This document shows, piece after piece, positions 13,625 through 24,157 of a DNA stretch of 64,000 nt; position 1 is the first letter of the stretch, and the number at the start of each line of letters is the position of its first letter. The DNA is from Monocercomonoides exilis PA203. Taxonomy: Eukaryota > Protista > Preaxostyla. The stretch lies in the NCBI GenBank assembly GCA_001643675.2, contig LSRY02000017.1, positions 434,001 to 498,000 of the forward strand. Direction: 5' to 3'. Below the pieces are notes generated by a model. It saw only the letters and a list, made by a program, of their open reading frames with translations. It made no database searches and was not told the DNA's origin. Made by a program: the position numbers and the translations under genes.

Positions 13625-16299
13625 TTAGCTTTGCACGGTCACCTCCTTCTTCTTCATCACAACCGAAAGCAGCAGATCCTTCGAGAACGCATTGTCATCT
13701 GCCGTGTCTTCTTCTCTTTCCTTCAGCTTGGTCGCATACAGCGACGAGAACGACAGCACTGGCATTTTTGAGTCAGGCAGGTTCCTTCCCTTGAGCGTGC
13801 CTATACACGACAGCGCACGGGCATCCAATATCCTCGCACGGGTAGTGGAGGACACAGTGTTCGTCTCAATGAACGGGAACTTCGCATTTGCATAGGAGGT
13901 GTTGGAAGAAGAAGAAGAGGAAGAAGAAGAAGACACTTGTGCCGCATTCAAAACAGCTTCTGTTGGGAACTGGATGGGTGAGTGGAGTGTCGGCAGATGC
14001 AGCTGCCCTCGCTCATAGAGCGTGAACAGTGGGGGCTCTGATCCGAAGAACGCTTTTGTTGCCTCGACTGCTGCTTCGTCGTCCCACTCGTCGTCTGACA
14101 GGTCTTCATCGACATCAGCTGCATCCACAGACATCCCAATGTAAGGGGCATGTCGTGCAGACTGAGAAGAAGAAGAGGAGGAGGAGGAAGAGGAAGAAGA
14201 AGCAAAGCCAGTGGCAGAATAAGGAGGAGGGTATTCGGAGGAAGAAGAAGCGGGGGGCTTGCTGGGAAGCGAGGATGAAGCAAACCTGGAGACGGAAGTG
14301 GCTGAAGGGGAAACTGGTGGAGCGAGGAGAGAAGAGGAGGAGGAGGAGGAAGAAGAAGAAGCAGATGATGACGATGATGATGAGGTTGATGTCAGAATCA
14401 ATGATGAAGAAGCTGATTGTGACGCCAACAGCGCAGTTTTTGCAGCTTGCTCTGTTGCCAATTTATTTTGCAATTCTTTTTCAGCAATCGCCTTTTCTTC
14501 AGCCTCTTTTCTTCTTTTCTCTTCTTCTTCTTCTTCTTTCCTCTTCTTTTCCCCTTCTTCTCTTTCTTCTCTTTCTTTCTCTTCTTTCTCTCTTTTCTCC
14601 TTCTCGCTCTTCAGATTAGCAAGCTCTTCTTTCGCGCTTCGCTCCAGCATCTTCTGCTTCCACGCATCTTCAATCACATTCACCGACTTCTTCTTTTCCT
14701 CATCATCCTTTGCCTTCTTCTTCCTCTCTTCTTCCTGTTTCGCTCTTTCTGCCTCAAACCTCTTTCGATCTTCGCTGGTTCCTTCTTCTTCTTCTTCTTC
14801 TTCCTCTTCTCGTGTGCTTGTTGAAACAACTGTCTTTACATCTGACATTGGAAGAGGAATTGAGCTTTCAGCGGCATTTCTTTCTTTCTCTTTCTCTTTC
14901 TCTTCAAGCTCTTTCCGTTCTTTTTCTTCCTTTTCTTGTCTTTCTTTCTCTTCTTTTTCCTTTCTTTCTTCTTCTTCTTCTTTCTCTTTTTTCTCTCTCT
15001 CCTCCTTCTCTTTCATTTCTTTTTCTTCTTTCTCTTTCTCCTCTTTCTCTTTTCTTTCAAATTCTTCCTTCTCTTCTCTTTCTCTTTTCTCCCTCGCCTT
15101 TCTCTCTTGTTCTTCCTTCTCTTTCAGCAACACGTCTTTTTGCTTTGAAAAATCCAATTTAATAACACTTTCCGATTCTTCGTCTTCAAATGTTGGTGGA
15201 GCTTATTAAATGGAATATAACAGATAGAAATTAAAGAACAAAATAACAATGAAATTATAAATTAAACACGAAACATCAAAACAAACAGAACATTAAAAAA
15301 TCAAGAAAAAATTTTTTATTGATATTTCAAAATTTACATGAGCAAATGACAAATAAACATTCATTCAGCCTTTATTAATCACATACCAGTCGTTGAATCT
15401 TCGCCTGATGGCATTGGAGGAGGCGGTTCAAGATCGGAAGCATCAGGCATTGGAGGAGGCGGCTCTGTGATATCACTTCCAGGCATGGGAGGAAGCGGTA
15501 AATCAGAAGCTTGCTTTGATTCCTGTGAACTTTCCGGAGGTGGAAACTGTTCCAGTTCATCGGGCATCGGAGGCGGAGGTTCTGACAATTCATCACTTGG
15601 CATCGGAGGAGCAGGTTCAAGAGCGGATGCATCAGGCATTGGAGGAGGCGGCTCATTCATTAAATCATCGGGCATAGGAGGTGCATCAAGCGACATATCT
15701 GGTGGTGCTTCAGGAGGTGCTTCAGGGGGAGCTTCAGGAGGAGCCTCGGGAGGAGCTTCTGGAGGTGCCTCCGGAGGTGCTTCTGGAGGGGCAGCTATTT
15801 TTTGTTCCTCTTTGTGATCGCTTGACTCACTTGGTTGCGCTTCTGGTTGAGATTCAGCCAACAATGTTGCTTTATATGCCTGAAATTCCTCATTTGTCGA
15901 GGCCCTGTTTGGATCAATTTGCAATCCTTTCTGTAATACAAAAAATCATCAATAAAACAGTGAATAAAAATTTTTTTACTCATCATGCCTTTATTGCAAC
16001 TTCCACTCTTTGTTTATAAACTTTTTCATTTGTTCCCAATGAAACTTCAAGAAGAAACATATTCATTATAATTAATAGAAAGCAAACAAGTAGTTCAGCA
16101 TACGTATGCGATGTTTATCTTCTTGCTTTGGATCTGTTGGCCAAAAAAGTCCATATGCAAAATACAACTCTTCATCTGTTCCATCAACTTTTAGAAATGC
16201 AGTTGCTTGCTGGGCAAATATATGGTTCATAGGCGCTCCATAGAGCTTTATAACTTTATCCTTTCCTCCCTGAACAATAGTAATTGTCCTTTTTGACAT
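13625..16299 (-). CDS. Uncharacterised ~790-aa protein: small globular N-terminus, Pro-rich repeats, Glu/Lys coiled coil, Ser runs, unique C-terminal region; exons 16299-16104, 16044-15989, 15930-15387, 15201-13625
   Basis: ORFs 16072-16332, 15379-15924 and 13625-15157 join in frame through AT-rich introns, the second probably GC-AG. No family recognised. Confidence 0.75.
15405..15795 (-). repeat. Coding tandem repeats: ~8x 12-bp (A-P-P-E) array and ~7 dispersed PPP(P)MP(D/S/G) units
   Basis: Translation AAPPEAPPEAPPEAPPEAPPEAPPEAPPEAPPD followed by repeated EPPPPMPD-like units. Confidence 0.9.
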
Positions 16300-16389
16300 C
16301 GGAATTAATAATGTTATACTCTGCAAGATCAAGTCATCGCCCGTTATATTTTGTCGAAAAGTTAAAATATTGTTATTTTCTCGTCTCTA

Positions 16390-19300
16390 ATGAGTTCTCA
16401 GCACAAAGAACTCTTCTCCAAGGAAGACATTGGAGAAACAGACGGCGAGATAGAAGGAGAAGACGACGACCCTTCTTTCGTTGTTCCTGAGACAAAAATA
16501 ACAAAAACAAGTTCAAAAACTGTTAGCGCAAGTGGAACACAACCAAAACGCAGAAAGAGAAAAGCATTAATAACAGTTAATCTAACATGCATGATTTTAA
16601 CATATTGCTTCTTAAAATTTTAATTTATTTTGTTTTTTATCAATTATTTCAAACTTCATCTTTTATTCGAAACATTAGGTTGCAAATACCCTATTTTGCG
16701 TGAAGTTGTTCAATATTTTAATTGGGTTGATACCGAGGATGATAAGGAGTGGGTTTTATGGTGGATGGATACTTCTGTTTGTGCTGAAAGATTGAAAAGA
16801 ATGAGAAGTTTTCAGGTAGAAAGCATAATAATATTCAATTTTTCTTTTTTAACCTTTAATTGTATTATATTGCATATCTATATGACACATTTTCGATACG
16901 ATTTTTTCAATTTAGAAAATTAATCATTTCCCTGGGATGAGTGAAATTACCAGAAAAGACAATCTCGCACGAAATATGAATCGATTGAAAAAACAATACC
17001 CAAGCGAATACTCGTTTATTCCAAATACCTGGGTTCTACCAAGAGAGTTTGAATTCTTTATTGAAGCTATCAGCTCAATTCAATGGCCTTTCTTTCTTTC
17101 TTTCTTTCTTTTTGTATATGTGGTGTGAATGTGGAATCATAAAGTTATCACGAGCTTCAATCATTTTGCTCAGGAAAGAGAAATTCAAAGACGCTGATTG
17201 TGAAGCCTGATGCCAGCTGCCAAGGGAAAGGCATTTTCCTCACACGCGATCCAGAACAGCTGTCTCTTCAGGATGATTGTGTTGTTCAGACATATCTTAC
17301 GAAGCCGCATCTGATAAACGGATACAAATACGACCTGCGTGTTTATGTGCTTGTTGCGTCTGTGTGCCCTCTACGCATCTACCTGCACAAGATGGGGCTT
17401 GTCAGATTTGCCACTGAAAAATACCTGAAGCCCACTTCAGACAACTTGGATCATGCGTTTATGCACCTCACAAACTACGCAGTGAACAAAAAGAACAAAG
17501 ACTACGTCCAGTGCAAAGAGAAAGACGACGGGCCGAACGAAAAGGAGAACTCAAAGGAAGCCAAAAACGGCGATGCACAAAGCGGAGAAAAGGGGAAAGC
17601 AGGCGACAAAAGCAGCAGCAATAGCAAAGAAAATGGCGATGACGACGAGTTCGACGAAGGATCGAAGTGGAGTCACGAGGCGTATCTGAAGTACATGAAG
17701 GAGAAAGAAGGGGTGGACACGGACGAGCTGTGGCGGAAGATCGGCAACTGCTGTGTGAAGACGATCATCCCCATCCAGGCGATCCTGCAGCACACATACA
17801 AACTCTGCACGCCCGACGATGCAATCACGAAGCGTACGTCGATGTGCTTTGAAGTGTTGGGCTTTGATGTCATTTTGGACCACAAGATGAATCCGCATGT
17901 GCTGGAAGTGAACCACTCCCCTTCGTTCATGACTGACACGAAGATGGACCACCGTGTGAAGTTCAGCGTCATCCGCGACTCGCTCGTGCTGATGAATGTC
18001 AACGTGCGCGACAAGCTTGAATGTGTGAAGAGAGAGAAAGAGCTCCATCTCCAGCGCATTCTGAAGCCCATCCAGCACCGCATGCGCCCAGTCACGCCGA
18101 AGGGATGGAACAGCAGCTCAAACAGTTCAGGAAGTGGGTTGCAGAGCGGACAGGGAAGTGGCAGTAGCAGTAGTGGTAGTGGAGGGGGAGGAGGAGGAAT
18201 GGCTGGTGGAAGAGATCTGGATAAGAGGCCTCCGTTTGGAGGAGGAGGAGGTGGTGGAGGAGGATATGGCAGCGGGGGAATGAGCAGTGGGAGTGCAATG
18301 AGACGAGGAATAACTCCTCCGTCCAGAGCGAAACGATCACCATCGCCTATCATTTCATCATCTTCTTCTTCCTCTTCGATATCATCTTCGTCTTCCACTT
18401 CATCCGGAAGCTCTTCTTCGCTTTCGAAATCCAAGTCATCTCGCAATGCCTCCTCCACAAACACCAATTCATCTTCCTCTTCCACTTCCTCTTCCACTTC
18501 ATCAGCATCCACACGAAACACATCATCATCATCTTCCTCTTCTTCATCTTCATCTTCATCTTCATCTTCCTCTTCCTCTTCTTCTTCCGCCCCCACCACT
18601 CGCAAGTCCGTCCCCATCAACTCCCTCGCCGATCGCATCGAATACGAACTGTCGCATCTCGGTGGTTTTGTTCCTATTTATCCCACAAACGACACAAAAG
18701 ACTACGAAAAGTTTGTGATCAACCCATCTCAATTCTACGCAGCTGAAACCGCAGCGTCAAAGGCCAGGCGCGAGCAGATCCAGAAGGAGAAGGAAGAGAA
18801 GGAGAAGGAGAGAGAGAGAGAAAGAGGGCTGGTGAGGAGGTTTAGAGGAGAAAGAGGGATCGAGGCGCTGGGGCTGCAGGCGGAGCAGAGCGGGGGTGGC
18901 ACATCTTCAGCGTTTGGAGCAGCAGCTCAAACAGCTTCAAATACTTCTTCTTCTTCTTCTTCTTCAAATTCAGCTTCTTCATCTTCTTCTGCTTCTTCCT
19001 CTGTAAATAATGGGAATGAACAAAACACACAGGGAGAAGCTGGCCAGCCGAAGCCGTTTCATTTGATGTCGATGAGTGAGCAGATTGCATATTTGAGGAA
19101 GGAAAGAGAGCTGAGGGAGATGAGGAAAAATAAGAAAGAGGAAGGAGAAGGAGGAGAAGGAGGGGAACAAGGAGGAGGGAGGAAGGAAGAACATGAAAAC
19201 GAGCAAGACGAAAATGAATACAGTTCTCATGGCAGAGAGAGAATCGAAGCTGGCTTTCCACGCCATCCGACCAACGGCACAAAGGATACCTTTGATGAAG

Positions 19301-22300
19301 AGCCGCTTTTCAGTGACCAACGAATTGGAGTGAATGAGAATTCCAATGAAGCAGCAGAGCAGACAGAGCAGACAGAGCAGACAGAACAACAAGAGAGCTA
19401 TCCACCGATTTTGTCGCCGGCGCTGCGGTTTTCGTCATCGAAGGCGAATCTGATGATGCACAACTTGACGGGGGAACATGAAGGATTTGGTGGTAGCGGA
19501 AAGGAAGGGGAGTTTAATGAAGATGTTAGAGAGGAAGAAGAAGAAGGAGAAGGAGAAAGGGAAGGAAGAGGAGAAGAGGAAGAGCTGAATGAAAAAGTCC
19601 AGACAGACACGAATACAGCTGATGAGGCAGTAGTTGTGATGGAGCGGTCGTTCCGATACGCAGTGGGGAAAAGAGGGAGAAGTAATGATTCTTCAAGAGA
19701 AAGAGAAAGAGAAAGAGAAAAATCCAATGAAGGAGAAAGATCTGTCCCGAAATTGCCTTCGAGTGCATATCGCCAGCCTTCTTTTCCAGCCACCACGTTC
19801 TGCGACACACAAACACACGCTTTGCCTGCTGTCTCCACACCTTCTTTCTATCAGCCTTCGTCTGCAGCTGTTCCCCCTGGCTCGTCCCGCGCTGGCAGCA
19901 CTTTTGCATCGTCAAGGAACGCTCGAAGGACTTCGATAGGATCAATGAATTCATCTTCCTCTTCTTCGTCTTCTTATTCTTCTTCATCGAATGCTTCTGC
20001 TATTTCTCCTGGTGTGAATGGCAGGTACAGCACAGCCAACTCACCAGCCCAGCTGCAGAACGGAGACAGGGTGCATCTGTCACCGACACGTGTGGAGTCT
20101 GCCAGATTATATTCAGCTTCCTCCTCCTCCTCTTCTTCTTCTCCTGCTTCTTCAATCACTTCTTCTTCAATACACCCTTACAACTCCAGTTGTGTCTCTT
20201 CTAACACCACCAGCACAACCACAGTTGCTCTGCATGCATATCCACCTCGCCCTTCATCAACAGCTCAATCACTCACCAAGTCACGCAGATTGGCTGGGCA
20301 GTCAAGCCAGCAGTATCCTTCTTCTTCTTCTTCTTCCTCTTCTTATCGTACTCATCAGCAGCCATACAATAGCCACGGAGAAGGACCGCACCCGAACACA
20401 AGATCCAGTTTGGTTCCGACCAAAGTGACGATACAAGCAGATATTTCAAGAACTTCTTCTATTTCATCATCATCTTCTTCTTCTTCCTTTTCTTCTTCTT
20501 TGGTCGAAGGATCCAACCAAGCCCTTGAGTATATTCCACCTCTTCCATTAGATTTCTCACTCATTCAAGGCGACCACGTGAATGATGATGCTGAGCAGGC
20601 ACGAGTTGAGCACATTCTGCAGAGGAAGCAGGAGCTGGTGGAGATTTACCGGTTTGACAGCTATGCAGAGAAAGTTGTGGGGAAGAAGAAAGAGAAGAGA
20701 CGATGGGGCATGATGATGAATAACGAGAGAGGAAGGAACAGGGAGAAGGAGAAGGAGAAGGAGAAGGAGAAGGCGAATGGGGAAGGAAGAGGAGGAGGAG
20801 AAGAAGAAGATGAAGAAGAAGAAGTTCGAGAGGAACGGATGAAGCAGAAGAGGATGAATGAGCTGAGGGTGTATCGAATGATGGAGGAGGAAAAAGCGAA
20901 GGAGAGCGCGAAGTTCAAAGAAGAAGGAAATGGGGTGAAGAAAACAGGAGCAGAAACAGAAAGAGAGAAACAAGAACAAGAAATAAATGAACCCCAAACA
21001 GTCATTTCAACTGCTTCTTCGGTTGTTTCTTCTTCTTCAAATTCTTTCTCATCATCATCATCATCATCATCTCATTTGAGGAGCACCACCCCCCACTCGC
21101 AATCAGCAGGAGCGATTGAGCTCTCAGCCAACAGCTGCTCTTCCTTCACATCGCATTCGTCTGACAATCCCATCAACACAAACATCACGTCCACCTCCTC
21201 TCTGCCTCCTTCTGACCGCACTTCCCTCCCAAATTCATTGAATTCAACGCCTTCTGCGCCTGCTCGTGCGCTTCTGTCGTATTCTCCTTCGTCTCCACTC
21301 GATTCTCCTGCTCAGACACCAACCACTGCAAGAAGAAGGCTCTCCGCACAGAGGTTGCAGCATCGCCCTTCTACTTCTGCTTCATCCAATTCTTCTTCTT
21401 CGTTGGCTTCTTCTTCTTCCTCCTCCTCTTCAGATCCTCATCTTCATCACATCTCATCTCCACACCAGCTGATGATGATGAAACAGTCCATTGAAAATGC
21501 CTCGTTCGAACAGCAGCACAAAAACAATGCCGAACAAAACGAGAATTCGAAGTTTGACCCGCCTCTCTCGCCTTCCACTGAACTCACCATCAAACATCAT
21601 CTGCATTCTCATCCTGGTTCTGGTTCTTCTGCTTCTGAAGACAATTCTTCTTCTTCTTCTTCTTCCACCTCTTCCACTTGTCTGTCTCCATCCACAATTC
21701 GACCACACTCTGCTTCAAATCCACCTTCTTCAGTGCTTCCTCTCTATCGTCATGCGAATCATCATTCTTCTTCTTCCTCTTCCTCTTCCTCCTCCTCTTC
21801 TTCTTCCTCTAATCCTTCAGTTCTCCCTATCATCATTAATTCTTCTTCTCATCATGCTCCTTCTCAATCTAATTCAACTTCCTCCTCCTCCTCTTCTTCT
21901 TCCTCTTCTTCTTCATCTTCTTCATCTGACTCATCATATTCCCAACAACCACCCAAACACCCACCTTCCCCTCTTTCCTTTCTTTCCATCAAACCTCTTC
22001 GACAGGCACCTTCTCCTTCATTAACATCCTTATCGATATCCGGCAATAAACTGAGGCAATCAAACCTGTTTGCTCCTGCTTCTGTTTCATCATCTTCTTC
22101 CTCTTCCTCTTCCTCTTCCTCTTCCTCTTCCTCTTCCTCTTCCTCTTCCTCTTCCTCTTCCTCTTCTTCTTCTCATCCTTCTTCTACTCATTCTTCTCAT
22201 TCATCTTATTCCCCTTCTCCTTTCAACAGCCTCTCCAGCATCCCTCAAGACATGCCCCTTTCTCCCACCTCTTCTTCTTCTCACAGCCATTCTTCTGCTG

Positions 22301-23622
22301 GCTCCGTTCTTCCTTCTCTTTCTATCGCTTCTTCGTATTCACATCAGCATTCGTCTTATCCTTCTTCTTCTTCTTCTTCTTCCTCCTCCTCCTCCTCCTC
22401 TTCTTCTTCTTCCTCTTCTGCCATCACACACAGCAGCATCAACACTAACAACAACAGCAGCAACAATAACTCAGAAGATGACTCATCTGAAGACAAATAC
22501 ACAGCCAGCAACAGACCCGTCTATGGCAGATGCACCCCTTCTCCACCTCTTCCTCTTCCCCACTCTGTTCTTGAGCCTTCTTCTTCTCCTTCTCTTTCGC
22601 CTTCTCTTTCGCCTTTGTCTTCGCCTTCTCCTTCGCCCTCGCTTCCACTTTCGCTTTCTTCATCTGACACATCTGGAATGTCATATATTCCGCCTTCCTC
22701 GCCTTGCTCATCGTCACATGCTGGAGTGGCAGAACCTTTGTGTCTTAGCAATAGATCGTTCAATTCACATAATTCTTCTTCTTCTTCTTCTTCTCCAATG
22801 ACATCATCATCTTCATTAAATTCATCATCATCGTCTTCATCAAATTCTTCTTCTTCATCTTCTTCATCATCATCATCATCATCATCTTCTTCTTCTTCTT
22901 CTTCTTCTTCTTCCACTTCACTTCCTTCTCGTTCACACAAACATACTCTTTTCTCTCAGCCAACATCCAAATCTTCTGCATCCACCCGCCAAAGCCCACG
23001 AATCACTTCAACTTCTCCTTTTTCTCTTCCTTCATCATCATCATCATCTTCTTCTTCTTCTTCCTCTCCTTCTTCTCTTCCTTCTTCTTCTCTTTCAGCC
23101 TTCCCAATAAAGTCATTTTCTCTAAAAGGACAGCAGCCATTCACCATCTCCAGGCGCGGAGAGCCATCACGGAATGGAATATTCCCTTCTTCTTCTTCTT
23201 CTTCTTCTTCAGTTGTACGCTCACAAAAGGGAGGGATATCAAATATATTGAATGCAACTAATGTATCTGATGTATCTAATGCATCGAATATATCACAGAC
23301 ATCTCAACCATTGCAATCATCTCAAACAAACCAAACAGACCAAACAACCCAGGCATATCAAACAAAACAGACAAGCCAAACGAATCAAACGAACAAAATA
23401 AACCAATCAGTTCCGATGGCCCATGCAACAAGCACACTTCAAGCATTCCGCCCAACTTCTCTTGCTGCTCCTGTGTCTTCGCTAAGACGCTCTGCTATTT
23501 CTTCTTCTTCTTCTTCTTCTGCTTCTTCTTCTTCTTCTTCTTCTATTGCTTCTTCTTCTGCTGAGTGTGTTGTTTCACCAACCTCATATCACTCCATGTC
23601 GCATCACATACCCAGTTATTGA
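16390..23622 (+). CDS. Tubulin polyglutamylase, TTLL6/TTLL13-like, with a very long Ser-rich low-complexity extension (~2314 aa); exons 16390-16588, 16679-16815, 16916-17046, 17145-23622
   Basis: Motifs NLT.CKY, QKINHFPGMSEITRKDNLARN, F.P.TWVLP, KPDASCQGKGI, KYDLRVYVLV, GLVRFATEKY, MHLTNYAVNK, CFEVLGFDVILD and LEVNHSPSF. The TTLL6-type YE..H.GGF..IYP and ETAASKAR segments are also present. Confidence 0.93.
22085..22175 (+). repeat. (TCTTCC)n coding microsatellite, poly-Ser of ~29 residues; the longest of many TCN runs
   Basis: Directly visible hexamer repeat inside the TTLL ORF. Confidence 0.9.
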
Positions 23623-24157
23623 TTTTGCTGCACATCATTTTTGACTTTTCTTTCTTTCTTTTCTTTCTCTTTCTCTTTCTCTTTCTCTTTCTTTATTTTT
23701 TTGTTTTATTTTTCGTTTCATGTGCCTCTTTTTTAGTTGTTTATTGGTTTCCTGTTGAAACGAATGATGAGATCCCGAATTCTATTTAGATTACATTTTT
23801 GTGAAGTTTTGTTACGATTTCTTTTTTTGTTTTTGCTTTTCATGAATTTTTTGTATTTTGATTTTGATACTTATGAAATCTTTCATCCACAATGTTTTAC
23901 CACTTTTCATTTGTTCAACTTTGAAGAACCAGTTTCGATTGCGTATGATTATTAAATCGTTCTTGCTGTAATTGTTTTTTATATGTAAGTTATGTTTAAA
24001 CTTTCAGAATTGTTGGCATCTCTTTTCAGTATTGCGCACATTTCCTCTTACAATTAACAATAAATATTGTTCTCCATGCAAAAAATTTTGAATTCTCTCA
24101 AGTGTGAATCACTATTTTAATAAAGGGTTGAAAAGAATTGATCAAAACTTTAAATTG

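Noticed and set aside
15700-15795. Short regular repeats as a CRISPR-like array
   Set aside because: Coding 12-bp tandem units without spacers, in a eukaryotic context with no cas genes.
17551-23147. Many antisense and alternative-frame ORFs encoding poly-Glu/Lys/Leu over the TTLL gene (likewise at 13692-15209, 25638-27730 and 52119-53304)
   Set aside because: These are shadows of TCN/GAA repeats, which lack stop codons in other frames. There is no independent evidence of coding.
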